A program made the translations under genes and the position numbers. This document shows positions 29,219 through 38,575 of a stretch of 64,000 bases of DNA, piece by piece. This stretch comes from a virus: the IMG/VR virus record IMGVR_UViG_3300034088_000032, positions 347 to 64,346 of that record; one strand, 5' to 3'. Within the stretch, counting starts at the first letter, position 1. Every line of letters begins with the position of its first letter. The notes beneath the pieces are model-generated. The model did no database searches. It had not been told where the DNA came from and saw only the letters and a program-made list of their open reading frames with translations.

Positions 29219-29730
29219 TCAGATATCGGTGCGACAGCCGCACGTGTACAGGCGGTCGATGACTGCCCAGGCGTTCCACCGCTCCCGGTACTCCAGCGCG
29301 AGCGCCTGGGCGCGCGGGAACAGGCTGCCGCCGTCGAAGGTCTCGACGGTGTACCCGCCGTGGAGCACCGCGCCGTCGAGGACGGTCACGCGTACGGCGT
29401 AGCCGATGATGTCCTCGATCCGGTGGGAGTGCTGCGGGTGCTCGCCCATCGGGGAGAACTCGCCGATGCGACGGCCGGCGACGACGGTGTCATCGCTGTC
29501 ACGGCCGGCGGCGACTAGTTCGTCGAGGGTCGGGAGCCGGAAAGTTCCGGTCGCCAAATTGGCCTCGTCCCAGCCGGTCAGCCACTCGCCGAGGATCGCA
29601 CGGTGGCGGGGTCCCCGACGGGCCTGCCGTCGATCGCCGCGCGGATGCCTTGATCGAGCGATGGGGCGCGGAAAGTGCCTGCGGCGTGAGCGTCGCGGCC
29701 TGCCTGGCGGAAGTCTTGGGTCGTCGTCAT
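29219..29730 (-). pseudogene. Hypothetical protein with -1 frameshift near 29597
   Basis: GDPATVR continues in the -1 frame as ILGEWLTGWDEANLATGTF; promoter TGGACG-18-TACACT-6-ATG. Confidence 0.65.
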
Positions 29731-29837
29731 GAAGTCAGTGTAACGTATGCAACCCAACGACGTCCAGATACAGCACGGGCCGCGGCGGGAGCTAGTACGC
29801 CGCGGCCCGTGCGATCCGGCGAGGATCACCGGGAAGG

Positions 29838-30389
29838 TTACTCGTCGACGACCTCGACGTCCTCGGGGAATACGACCGGGGCCGACAACGTCTCGATCGT
29901 GTCGTCCATGGTGGTCATCGTGGTCTCGACGAATGCCACGCCCGCGGTCCGGTCGACCCGGTCGACCCACGTCAGTCCCAGGTACTCGCCTGCGGGCGAG
30001 TAGACGCGGACGGAGGCGCGGGACTTGATGGGCTTGCCGTTGCGGTCCCACAGTTCTCCCACCCTGGCTGCCTCGTCGCGGCGGCGGGCGTCGGGGGTAC
30101 CCGGGCGGTACGGGTGTGCCAGCTCGCGCGCCTGGCGCAGGCTGAGCATGAGCAGGTGGTCGGCGAACGTCGCGAGGACGTCGGGATCGTCGATGTCGAC
30201 GCCGGCGATCGTGACGACACTGCCCATGTTCTGTACGGTCAGGTGCCGGTGGACGGCCGGGCCGTCGCTTGAGCTTCGCCGTGGAGTTCCGACGAGCTGT
30301 GCGTGTCCCTGTGGCATGGTCAAGTACAGGCCGGGTGCGAGCGTGGTGTTGCTGGTGAAGGCCGGCTCGACGTAGTCGGGGATGGTCAT
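29838..30389 (-). CDS. Hypothetical protein
   Basis: GAGGAGG RBS. Confidence 0.7.
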   Translation of the reverse strand: MTIPDYVEPAFTSNTTLAPGLYLTMPQGHAQLVGTPRRSSSDGPAVHRHLTVQNMGSVVTIAGVDIDDPDVLATFADHLLMLSLRQARELAHPYRPGTPDARRRDEAARVGELWDRNGKPIKSRASVRVYSPAGEYLGLTWVDRVDRTAGVAFVETTMTTMDDTIETLSAPVVFPEDVEVVDE

Positions 30390-30472
30390 GAAGGCGCCTC
30401 CTCGGTTGGTGCTGGGCAGGTCTGGTCGACCTGGAGGCGTCCCGCGCGCTGGGCGGGACGCCTCCGGGTGGG

Positions 30473-30886
30473 TCAGGCCGTGAGGTACCGCCGGTTGGCG
30501 GGGCTCAGCTCCCAGGGGTTCTGGTTGGCGGGGAGCTTGCCGGTGTCGATCGCGTTCCACCACTTCAGCAGGGCACGGATCGCGGCGACGCGGTTGCGGG
30601 CCGGGGGCAGGTCGTAGACCGGGCCGGAGCCGTCGAAGATGAACTGACGGTTCGTGTAGGCGACGGGCTCCCAACGGCGCTGGCGGTCGTTGCGGACGAT
30701 GGCACCGATGACGGTGCCTGCGCGGCTGCTGGCGCCGAAGTGCTCGGCGGCCTGGAGGTCGACGGTTACGAGGTACACGCGGACCTCGTCGTCTGCCTGT
30801 TCGGGGCGGGTCAGGGTCGCGGTGCCGACGTTGTAGCGGTTGCCGGTGGAGGTGACCGTGATGGTCATGGTGTCCGTCGTCGTCAT
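30473..30886 (-). CDS. Hypothetical protein, leaderless
   Basis: TAGACA-18-TACAGT-6-ATG. Confidence 0.7.
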   Translation of the reverse strand: MTTTDTMTITVTSTGNRYNVGTATLTRPEQADDEVRVYLVTVDLQAAEHFGASSRAGTVIGAIVRNDRQRRWEPVAYTNRQFIFDGSGPVYDLPPARNRVAAIRALLKWWNAIDTGKLPANQNPWELSPANRRYLTA

Positions 30887-30919
30887 GCGTACACTGTAAC
30901 AGGCGCAACCCGTCAGTGT

Positions 30920-31081
30920 CTAGTCGTTGCGCTCTGGTTGTGGTTGGCCGCACCGACACCCTTCGACGCAGCAGGTGGGCCGCGGGTCGTCGGCCGACCA
31001 GATGTCGTGGAGGAGGCCGGGGTGCACACACCCCGGCTCGTTCGGGCAGCGCCACCACTGCGCGGCCGGCGCGCCGTTCAC
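30920..31081 (-). CDS. 53-aa Cys/His-rich peptide
   Basis: GTGA overlap; RCPNEPGCVHPGLLHD..TCCVEGCRC. Confidence 0.55.
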   Translation of the reverse strand: MNGAPAAQWWRCPNEPGCVHPGLLHDIWSADDPRPTCCVEGCRCGQPQPERND

Positions 31082-31263
31082 TGCTCGACCTGCCAGTCGC
31101 CGGCGGTCATGTCGTCACGGGTCGGGGTGTAGTCGATGAACCCGCTGCTACCGGTGAGCAGAACTTCCCGGCCGAAGCGCCAGGCGACCCGGGGGCCGTC
31201 GGGTCTGGTGACCACCCGACGGCCGTTCCTGCGGATCGAGGCCATGGCCTCGACGTACTGCAT
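31078..31263 (-). CDS. Tad2/DUF2829-like protein
   Basis: M.Y.EAM..I.RNG..V.R ... YTPT.DDM.A.DW.V signature. Confidence 0.5.
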   Translation of the reverse strand: MQYVEAMASIRRNGRRVVTRPDGPRVAWRFGREVLLTGSSGFIDYTPTRDDMTAGDWQVEQ

Positions 31264-31280
31264 GTGATCTCTCCTGTCTG

Positions 31281-31469
31281 TTACGCGAGATCGAGTTCGG
31301 CGGGCTGGAGTACCCAGGCCATGCCTTCGACGTACCGGCCGTTCTCATGGACGAACAGTCGTTCGCCCCAGGCGACGGCCTCGGGCGGGTTGCCGTTGGC
31401 CACCATCATGTCGAGGGCAGGCGATGCGGTGGTGCCGAGCTTGTTGCCGTCCTTCGTGTATAGGTCCAT
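31281..31469 (-). CDS. Hypothetical protein
   Basis: GAGG RBS, TTGACA upstream. Confidence 0.55.
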   Translation of the reverse strand: MDLYTKDGNKLGTTASPALDMMVANGNPPEAVAWGERLFVHENGRYVEGMAWVLQPAELDLA

Positions 31470-31510
31470 CCTGATACCTCACATTTGTTCGATAATGGTT
31501 CTTATGTCAA

Positions 31511-31726
31511 CTAGTGGATGGGGACGTGCCGGCCGATCGCCTCCTTGATCTCGTCGTCAGTACGGCCTGCCACGATCACGACCAGCATGGACGGCAGGCC
31601 CAGCTCCCCCGTGCTGAACAGGATCGGCTCGTCGGCGTACAGCCGGGTCACGTTCTCGCCGGTCAGGCCGATCAGCAGGACCGGTTGACCGGCTGACGTG
31701 CGGGACGTCGCTTTGATCACGCCCAC
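31511..31726 (-). CDS. Small conserved phage protein
   Basis: IKA..LIGL..ENV.RL...PI pattern. Confidence 0.6.
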   Translation of the reverse strand: MGVIKATSRTSAGQPVLLIGLTGENVTRLYADEPILFSTGELGLPSMLVVIVAGRTDDEIKEAIGRHVPIH

Positions 31727-32268
31727 CCGCCGACAAGTGCGCGAACCAGCTGCTGGCGCTGGCCCTGTTCTTCCGGACTGATGGCCCCGATGAGGGTGGT
31801 CACGTCGTCGGTCTCGCCGGCTCGCGGACCGGTGAGGTACCGGCGGCCGGTCCAGCGGAGCCCGTTACGGGCCGCGGCGTACACCGTGGTGATCTCGACG
31901 GCGTCCGGGTGGTCGCTGAGTTTCCCGTCGAATGCCATGCGTCGTGCGCGGTTCTCCGCGACCTCGTCGCCAGGGCGGTCGACGAGCCCGAACGCTTCGA
32001 TCGCAAGTCCCGCGAACCACGGCATACGCCTGGCGGTGCGCTGCTGCTGGACAGCTGCGGCGCGCAGTGCCTTGGCGATGAAAACCTCCGGCTTGTCAGA
32101 GTCCGGGGCTATCGCGTACATGGTCACATCGACGTCGTCGACCAGGCCGAGGGCGTTACGGGCGGACGGGTCGAAGCTGGCGACCAGCAGGTGGTGGATG
32201 CTCGCACCCGGTTTGGATGTCATCAGAAGTTCGTTCAGGTACCGGATGATGAGGGCGTCGGAGATCAT
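31717..32268 (-). CDS. Hypothetical protein
   Basis: Coupled operon. Confidence 0.6.
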   Translation of the reverse strand: MISDALIIRYLNELLMTSKPGASIHHLLVASFDPSARNALGLVDDVDVTMYAIAPDSDKPEVFIAKALRAAAVQQQRTARRMPWFAGLAIEAFGLVDRPGDEVAENRARRMAFDGKLSDHPDAVEITTVYAAARNGLRWTGRRYLTGPRAGETDDVTTLIGAISPEEQGQRQQLVRALVGGWA

Positions 32269-32744
32269 CGGGGCTCCAGCGGTTCGGTGATGACGCTGAA
32301 CGCGGTCAACGGCCGGTCGGGCTGACCGTCGGAACGGACCCTGCCCGACGCCGCCCGCCAGTAGGTGTGTGCCTCGCGGGTGGTCGCGAACCGGCGGGCG
32401 AGCGCGGGGTCGGTACTGCACACGACATGAGCGGTCATCGGGTGGCCGGTCGGGTCGAGCCCGGCCCGGCTCGGGTCGTACTCGACGAGCCACTGCCCAT
32501 CGAACGGGGACGGCCGGCCGGAGATCAGGCCGACGACACGGAGCCCGACCGGCCGGGGGTCATCGGAGCCGGTCGTCTGAGCGATACGGACGGCCATGTG
32601 GAGGCAGGCGGACAGGTGGCGCGCCTGGTCCGGGTCCTGTTCGGCCATGACGATCAGGGCCGCCTCGACCCCGTCCGGGTCGCCGGCATAGAGCGCTTTG
32701 TGGAAGGCCTGCCTGCACTGGTCGACGGTCGGTATGTCGGTCAT
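32265..32744 (-). CDS. Hypothetical protein
   Basis: Coupled operon; DGQWLVEYDP..A.RF..R.DGQPDRPLTAF. Confidence 0.65.
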   Translation of the reverse strand: MTDIPTVDQCRQAFHKALYAGDPDGVEAALIVMAEQDPDQARHLSACLHMAVRIAQTTGSDDPRPVGLRVVGLISGRPSPFDGQWLVEYDPSRAGLDPTGHPMTAHVVCSTDPALARRFATTREAHTYWRAASGRVRSDGQPDRPLTAFSVITEPLEPR

Positions 32745-32989
32745 GGCCGGCTCGTGAGGTGGTCGACGATGCGGCGGACCATGATGGCCGTACGTTCACG
32801 GCGGGGACGTCGCCACTCGCCGCACCAGCGCAGGTGTGCGGTGCCAGGCAGGTGGCATCCCTGGTACGCGCACAGGGTGTTGCCGTAGCCGGCGCCGCCT
32901 GGCGTCCGGTACCAATGCCGCCAGACCATGCCGAGAGGGCCGGCGATCAGTCGGTCGGTGATCGGAATCGTCTGTCGAAGCCGGGTCAT
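32741..32989 (-). CDS. Hypothetical protein
   Basis: ATGA overlaps. Confidence 0.5.
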   Translation of the reverse strand: MTRLRQTIPITDRLIAGPLGMVWRHWYRTPGGAGYGNTLCAYQGCHLPGTAHLRWCGEWRRPRRERTAIMVRRIVDHLTSRP

Positions 32990-33396
32990 CTGCGTGCCTC
33001 CGATTGGTCGAGGTTGGCCTTACTGATGATCATGAATACTCTGACGTCGTCGCCGTAGATCGCTCGGGCGACCCTGACGCAATCTGCCTGGGGGCGGGGT
33101 AGCTCCGCGATGGTGTACGCCTGTCCGTCGATGATGACGGCCGATGGGGAGATCAGGCCGCCCGGGCGGGCGCGGTGGAAGTGTCCGGCGGTGTTGAGCA
33201 GGGTCGCCGCGTGTTCGTTGCTCGGCGGGTCCAGGACCAGGAGTTCGGGCAGGCCGGCCTCCGTCATACCGACGGTATACGCGAACAGGGCGGTTTCGTC
33301 GGGTTGGACCGCGGCGGCCTGGATTGCCCAGCCGTGCTCGCGGATGGTGGAGCGGACCTGGTCGAGGTACGCGGCGATTCTCAGCTCGCGACTCAT
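32986..33396 (-). CDS. DUF4262-domain protein
   Basis: IREHGWAIQ, FAYTVG...GLPELL, LLN. Confidence 0.8.
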   Translation of the reverse strand: MSRELRIAAYLDQVRSTIREHGWAIQAAAVQPDETALFAYTVGMTEAGLPELLVLDPPSNEHAATLLNTAGHFHRARPGGLISPSAVIIDGQAYTIAELPRPQADCVRVARAIYGDDVRVFMIISKANLDQSEARR

Positions 33397-33929
33397 CAGG
33401 CTTCCTTCGGGTGGTGGTGCGCACCGGCCTGCTCGCAGTACCGCACGCCCAGCCCCTTCGCGTAGGCGCGGCCGGCTGCACGCAGCACGGTACGGGCGGT
33501 CGCCTTGTCTGGACGGGGGATGCCGTCGAGTTCACCGGCCGCGGTGGTGTCGTAGACCTCCCAGCCTCGGCCTGGTCCGAGACGGACCGCTTCGCCTATG
33601 CAGTGGATGAAATTGGGTATCTCGACGTGAGCCGCGGTGGGGACCAGGAGCATTCGGGGGGTTCTTATGTGGGTCGCGTCGACCAGGCGGACCTCTGGGA
33701 CGGCGGTGTACTGCTCGCCACGGGGGATGATCGCCTCGAACGTGCGCCAGCGGGGGAATTTCCACCCGTGCCCGTCGGCGCATTTGTCTGTGACGACGTA
33801 CCGGCCGACGCTGGTGGTTTCTTCGATACGTCGGATCGTTTCCCATCGGTGGAACGGGGTCCAGATCTGGCAGCCCGGGTACAGGTCGCCCAGCTCGTAA
33901 CGTGGCCGGTCGGCGGGGTCTGCGGCCAT
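33396..33929 (-). CDS. Hypothetical protein
   Basis: AGGAGG RBS. Confidence 0.6.
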   Translation of the reverse strand: MAADPADRPRYELGDLYPGCQIWTPFHRWETIRRIEETTSVGRYVVTDKCADGHGWKFPRWRTFEAIIPRGEQYTAVPEVRLVDATHIRTPRMLLVPTAAHVEIPNFIHCIGEAVRLGPGRGWEVYDTTAAGELDGIPRPDKATARTVLRAAGRAYAKGLGVRYCEQAGAHHHPKEA

Positions 33930-33951
33930 TGAGGGTGCCTCCTTTGTGGTA

Positions 33952-34227
33952 TCAGGTGCGCCGTGTGATGACGCGGGAGCGGTAGCAGGGGGCGGGGCAT
34001 GAGTACCGTTCCCTGTCTGGTCCGGTGTGGTCGATGGCCATCGGCTTGTCGCAGCGAGGGCAGAGCACGACCAGGTCGAAGGCGATCGAGCCGTCTCCGT
34101 GTTCCGGCTCGGTGTCGAAGTGGGCGGCGACGACACCGACCGTGGTGCCGTCCGCGGGACGCCAGTCACAGAACCGGCATTTCAGGGCCAGGCCGGGCCG
34201 GTAGGTCAGACGCATGTCCATGATCAT
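33952..34227 (-). CDS. Zinc-finger-like protein
   Basis: CRFC..H..H, CPRC, CPAPC. Confidence 0.6.
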   Translation of the reverse strand: MIMDMRLTYRPGLALKCRFCDWRPADGTTVGVVAAHFDTEPEHGDGSIAFDLVVLCPRCDKPMAIDHTGPDRERYSCPAPCYRSRVITRRT

Positions 34228-34595
34228 TCCCCGTTGTCTCGGTGGTAGCCGGCGGCGAGGATCGCGTCGGCGACGGCGCACGACGACGGTAGGGATCCGT
34301 GGTCGTAGGCAGCTCCGCAGGCTTCGCCGATGACGTTCGCGAGGTTGAGGACATCGGCGGGTTCGGGTAGTGCGCCGGACGGTATGCCGTGGCGGATGAC
34401 CTGGACGCGGGTGCCGTCGTCGGCTCGTCGGTATCTCTCGGCGCCGAGGGCAGCGGCTAGGTCACGCGCGGCGCGGTACGCGCGTTCGAGGTCTGGGCCG
34501 GGCATCGTGTGGACCTCGCGGCGGTGGTGGGTGATCCAGGCGGCGCCGAGGATCACGATCGGCTCGTCTCGGTCGGGTGTGGTGTAGCTGGTCAT
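34224..34595 (-). CDS. Hypothetical protein
   Basis: C-terminal ADAILAAGY. Confidence 0.55.
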   Translation of the reverse strand: MTSYTTPDRDEPIVILGAAWITHHRREVHTMPGPDLERAYRAARDLAAALGAERYRRADDGTRVQVIRHGIPSGALPEPADVLNLANVIGEACGAAYDHGSLPSSCAVADAILAAGYHRDNGE

Positions 34596-34614
34596 GGTTC
34601 GATCATGCGACATG

Positions 34615-34782
34615 TCATCCTGTGGCGGCCAGGATCGCGAGGAGCACGCCGCCGGTTGCCGCGAGGCAGACGAGAGTCGTTCCGATGGCGACGATGACCA
34701 GTGCGCGGGTTTCACCGCGGTTTGGGCCGAGGCGGCTGGGTGGAAGTTTGGTGTGGAGGGTGTCGTCGAGTTCGGGGGGCAC
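34615..34782 (-). CDS. 55-aa single-TM protein
   Basis: GGAGG RBS; C-terminal hydrophobic helix. Confidence 0.45.
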   Translation of the reverse strand: MPPELDDTLHTKLPPSRLGPNRGETRALVIVAIGTTLVCLAATGGVLLAILAATG

Positions 34783-34950
34783 GGTACCTCCGCTGGCTGT
34801 TTGCGGGCAGCGCAGATCGGCTGGTCATCTCGGGAGTTGGCACCGTCGGCCCGGTGGGTGCGATGGTGCCGCCGACATGATCTCAAGCGTGGAGGTTCCT
34901 TTCGCATGGGCCGGGCGGGCGGTGGTGGCCGCCCGCCCGGTCGTTGGTGG

Positions 34951-35520
34951 TCAGAGGCGACGGATCGCGCCGGCGTCGCGGAGGATGGAGTACCAGCCGT
35001 AGCCCTGACGTCGGATGCGGGCGGCCCGGTGGTGGGCGACGTAGCGGACGTCGTCGACGTTGACGGTGGCGGGGTCGATGGCGACGACCTTGTCGGCGGG
35101 CATGTACCGGAGTGTGTCCTCGCCGTCGACCTTGATTCCGACGCGCTTGGCGTCGGTCCGGTAGTTGTCGTCACCGATCCAGACCACGGTGCCCTCGATG
35201 CCGATGTTCTTGCCGCGGGTGGTCAGGGAGCGGACCTTGGCTCCCCTGCGGGCTCCGGCGGCCTCGTCGGCGGCCTCGCGGAACGCCTTGTCGTAGAGGA
35301 TCTCCTCGAGGACGCCCTTGGCGATGTCGAGGACGTCGTCGGTGGCGTCGGGGATGTTGCGGCGTGGGCCGCTGCTGGCGTAGGCGGTGGAGCCGGTCTC
35401 GGTGGCGCCGAAGGTGCGGGCCTCCGGGTCGAAGGTGATCGCGTAGAAGTAGCTGTCGTGGTAGCCGTTGTGCTCGTAGGTTTCGAGCTGGTACACGGTC
35501 GTCGTGGTCGCGCCGGTCAT
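34951..35520 (-). CDS. Phage protein with C-terminal SH3/KOW-like domain
   Basis: NGYHDSYFY; RGK.IG.EGTVVWIG..RVGIK; class B promoter upstream. Confidence 0.7.
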   Translation of the reverse strand: MTGATTTTVYQLETYEHNGYHDSYFYAITFDPEARTFGATETGSTAYASSGPRRNIPDATDDVLDIAKGVLEEILYDKAFREAADEAAGARRGAKVRSLTTRGKNIGIEGTVVWIGDDNYRTDAKRVGIKVDGEDTLRYMPADKVVAIDPATVNVDDVRYVAHHRAARIRRQGYGWYSILRDAGAIRRL

Positions 35521-35548
35521 TTGCGTCCCCTGCCAGTGTGTCGTCGTC

Positions 35549-35587
35549 GTTGACACCATACTAGCGTAGCATGGTGTCAACGTGCAA
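35549..35587 (-). promoter_or_regulatory. Class B promoter/operator, extended palindrome
   Basis: TTGCAC-18-TAGTAT; GTTGACACCAT..ATGGTGTCAAC. Confidence 0.75.
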
Positions 35588-35603
35588 GGGGGGACTACGA
35601 GTT

Positions 35604-35951
35604 CTACCTCTGGTCGTCGTCGTCCAGCGGGTGCGGGTCGTCCGGTCCTTGCCCGCGCAGGACGCACGGGTCGTCCGGTCCGTGTCCGTGCAGGACGATC
35701 CCGATGCCACACCCGCGGGTCCAGCCGGCGGCGTCGTACCCGTCGGCCCACTCACGACAGGCGATCGCGTTGCGCGTGGCCCGCAGGCCGAGGGCCAACA
35801 GCGGCCACGGGAGGATCTGCCACCAGCCGTGGCCTACGACAGTAACTTCCGTGACGGCAGTGCCGATGTAGAAGATCATGGCGGTACGTCTGGACAGGCG
35901 GGCATCGTTGCGTGCCTGGCCGGGGGTCCGGGTGGGGCGGATGTCGTCCAT
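35604..35951 (-). CDS. Small membrane protein
   Basis: Two hydrophobic segments. Confidence 0.45.
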   Translation of the reverse strand: MDDIRPTRTPGQARNDARLSRRTAMIFYIGTAVTEVTVVGHGWWQILPWPLLALGLRATRNAIACREWADGYDAAGWTRGCGIGIVLHGHGPDDPCVLRGQGPDDPHPLDDDDQR

Positions 35952-35959
35952 GGTGACCT

Positions 35960-36424
35960 TCAGGACCGGCAGGGGCAGGTGGCTGGGTGAGACTTGGTCT
36001 CGCTGACGATGCGGTGGACCCTGGCCCTGCTGAGTTCGGCCGTTGCCGCGATGTGCGTGATGGGGACCGGTGGCGTGAGCCGGGACAGGCCGCACACGAG
36101 TTCGGTGCGCTCGTCGAGGATTTTCCGCTCGGTGGCGATGGCGACCTCCTGTCTGACCTGCGCCGCCTCGACCGCGGCGGCGGCGGTGGCCCTGACGCTT
36201 TCCGCTGCCTTGCGCAGCTGGGCGAGGTCGCGGAGCCGGTCGAGCATGGGGCTGACGGCAGGGTTGCCGACCAGGTAGTCGAGCGATGTTTCAGTCGTCA
36301 GAGACCGAAGCTGCACGACGACGGCAGCGACCCGGCCGGGGTCGTCGCCTGCGGCGTACAGGGCGTCGACGAGACCCTGGAGGGTATCGCCGATCTCGGT
36401 CAGTGTGCGCATGGTCATGCCCAT
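35960..36424 (-). CDS. Coiled-coil protein with C-terminal HTH
   Basis: PITHIAATAELSRARVHRIV. Confidence 0.65.
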   Translation of the reverse strand: MGMTMRTLTEIGDTLQGLVDALYAAGDDPGRVAAVVVQLRSLTTETSLDYLVGNPAVSPMLDRLRDLAQLRKAAESVRATAAAAVEAAQVRQEVAIATERKILDERTELVCGLSRLTPPVPITHIAATAELSRARVHRIVSETKSHPATCPCRS

Positions 36425-36526
36425 ACGGTACAGACCCCGTAACGGTCCTCGCAACTGTTGCAGGTGCGATGTCGAACCGTGTGCAATGGATTGCGTCATA
36501 GCCTCACGTCATGTTACAGTGTACGC

Positions 36527-37165
36527 ATGACGACGAACTTCACGGTCCAGTTCACCAACGCCCTTCGGCCGAACATGACCTCACGTCATTCTGTCGACAC
36601 CATCGACGAGGCGCTGATACTGGCGGACAACCCGGATAACTGGCCGTACAACAACACCCGCGTGCAGATCTTCGAGCACGTCGACGACGAGACCAGGGAG
36701 GTCAACATCGACCGCGCAGTCACCCCGACGCCCGTGTACACCGACGCCGAGATCGCCCCGCTCCGCGCCGCGCTCGCCGCGGTGACCCGCGCACAGCTCC
36801 TCGAATCCGGTGACCTGGTCGAGATCAGCGACGACCTCAAGCGTGACGCGGGCCTGCGCGGCTCGGTCGCACTGACCCGCGCCGTCTGGGAGGACTGCGT
36901 CGCATGGTCTGGGGCCGACAACGCCCGCAAGGGCACCGTGCAGGACGAGACCGGACGCGCGTGGGACGTCGTATACATGCTCTCGCTGCGGTTGAAGTCC
37001 GGCCCGGAGCGGCCGGTGCCGGCCGATGGCCTGCTGTACCGCATCCTCCGGGTGCCTCGGCCCGGTCACGGCGTCCGGGCCCGTTACGTCACGCTCAAGG
37101 CCATGTTCGGTGGATGCGATGACGGCACGCCGGCTCTGACGATCTGCCTGCCCGACGAGGACTGA
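36527..37165 (+). CDS. DUF6573-like plasmid-associated protein, leaderless
   Basis: TRAQ...G.LV, VALTRAVWEDCV.W, QDE.GR.WDV, GxDDGxPxxTIxLPDED; TTGCGT-18-TACAGT-6-ATG. Confidence 0.75.
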   Translation: MTTNFTVQFTNALRPNMTSRHSVDTIDEALILADNPDNWPYNNTRVQIFEHVDDETREVNIDRAVTPTPVYTDAEIAPLRAALAAVTRAQLLESGDLVEISDDLKRDAGLRGSVALTRAVWEDCVAWSGADNARKGTVQDETGRAWDVVYMLSLRLKSGPERPVPADGLLYRILRVPRPGHGVRARYVTLKAMFGGCDDGTPALTICLPDED

Positions 37166-37170
37166 CCGCG

Positions 37171-37221
37171 GACACGACGAAGGCCCGGCACCCCCATCGG
37201 GTACCGGGCCTTCGTCGTGTC
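37171..37221. terminator. Bidirectional hairpin between convergent genes
   Basis: GACACGACGAAGGCCCGG..CCGGGCCTTCGTCGTGTC. Confidence 0.75.
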
Positions 37222-37262
37222 TGGATGAACTTGATGTTGCGATCCCCGATGGGGTGAATGAA

Positions 37263-37463
37263 TCAGCCTGCCGCCAACGGTACACCGTGACGGCGGATGG
37301 TCTCAACCTCGACGAGCCGGCCGAGTCGCCGGCACGCCTCGCCCAGGCGGTTGAGGCGATCGCCGGGCAGCTCCTCGACGATCGCGGACAGGTCCCGGTC
37401 GGCGTCGCGGTACGCGTCGAGGATCGTCCGGTACGCGTCGCAGGGGCATGCTGGGTTGGTCAT
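37263..37463 (-). CDS. Hypothetical protein
   Basis: GGAGG RBS, ATGA overlap. Confidence 0.55.
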   Translation of the reverse strand: MTNPACPCDAYRTILDAYRDADRDLSAIVEELPGDRLNRLGEACRRLGRLVEVETIRRHGVPLAAG

Positions 37464-38401
37464 GACCGGGCTCCTCCCTGGTCGAGCAGCTGGCCCACGA
37501 TGCCAACCGACTTGGGCGACCAGCGGCCCAGGCGGAGGACGTCGGAGATCTGGGCACCGCGGGCGAGGTCGTCGCGGCCTCCCCCGACCCGTAGTGCTCT
37601 TGGCGTACAGCGGGGTACGCCTGCACGGGTGACGTGGACCGCCCAGATCCGCGACAGTGCACCGACGCGCAGCCGGCACTGCTCCCCGAGGTGCCCGGCG
37701 AATGTCACCCCTGGCTGGCCGATCGTGTCGAATCGGTCGACCGGCCGGAACAGCGGTCCTGCGGTGACGCCTGCCGCGGCGAGTGCCGCGATCCAGCCGG
37801 CCGCGGCCTCGACCGGACAGATCCCGGGCGGGTCGTGGTCGTGGTCGAGCGTGACCGTGCCGTACCGGAACCGTACGGCCAGGTTCTCCCCGTCGATGTC
37901 GACGTCGGACAGGTCGAGGGCGACGAGGTCGTCGGGTCGGGCGAGGAGGTCCCACACCATCGTGATCAGGCACAGGTCCCGGCGGCCGGCGGCCGTGTCG
38001 AGGTCGCACGTCGCGGCGAGTGCCGCGACGATCGGCCGATCGGCCGGGTTGACCTTCGTCCTGGTTGGCGGCGTATGGTTGGCGGCACGCAGCACGAACC
38101 ACGCGGCTACGTCATCGGGTACGGGCGACCCGAGTTGACGGTGTCGGGTCTTCACCGCAGCGAGCCGTTTCCGGACGGTCGCTGGTGCGTATCCGCTGGT
38201 CAGTAGGTGCGTCGCGTATGCGGCGAGTGCATCGGAGGACCAGGGCATGAGCGATCGGCCGGTACTTCTGTACCAGTCCTCTGCCTCTGTCCACAGCTTG
38301 GCGTACATGGTCCTCGTGCGTTCGGAGAGTTTGCCCTTGCGGCCTTTCCCACCTGCGGTAACAGCCAGGTCTGCGATCTTGTCGTATCGAGGCTCGTCCA
38401 C
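37460..38401 (-). CDS. Cre-like tyrosine recombinase, catalytically degenerate
   Basis: SAM-like N-terminus (T...Y...W, APATVRKRL.AV), GRRD..L, LARPDDL, GPLFR; HxxR reads RALR and no Tyr follows GRW. Confidence 0.8.
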   Translation of the reverse strand: MDEPRYDKIADLAVTAGGKGRKGKLSERTRTMYAKLWTEAEDWYRSTGRSLMPWSSDALAAYATHLLTSGYAPATVRKRLAAVKTRHRQLGSPVPDDVAAWFVLRAANHTPPTRTKVNPADRPIVAALAATCDLDTAAGRRDLCLITMVWDLLARPDDLVALDLSDVDIDGENLAVRFRYGTVTLDHDHDPPGICPVEAAAGWIAALAAAGVTAGPLFRPVDRFDTIGQPGVTFAGHLGEQCRLRVGALSRIWAVHVTRAGVPRCTPRALRVGGGRDDLARGAQISDVLRLGRWSPKSVGIVGQLLDQGGARS

Positions 38402-38575
38402 GTCGGTGCCTGCCTTTTTCTGATCTTCCACCGGTCTGGTGTAAGGACCGAGAATACTCGTTCCCCCCTGTTTGAGGGGAATCCGGGCGGGACCCGGTGG
38501 TCCGGGCGATCTGCCTGGTGGCGGGTTCGCCCGGGGTGGCACCGGCCGTGGGGGGACGACTCTCCCGTGTTTGTC

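Noticed and set aside
31478-31493. LexA/SOS box TCGAACAAATGTGAGG on the minus strand
   Set aside because: Only one half-site matches TCGAAC-N4-GTTCGA
37460-38542. Functional integrase implying an integrated prophage
   Set aside because: Catalytic residues missing; no att site or host genes visible
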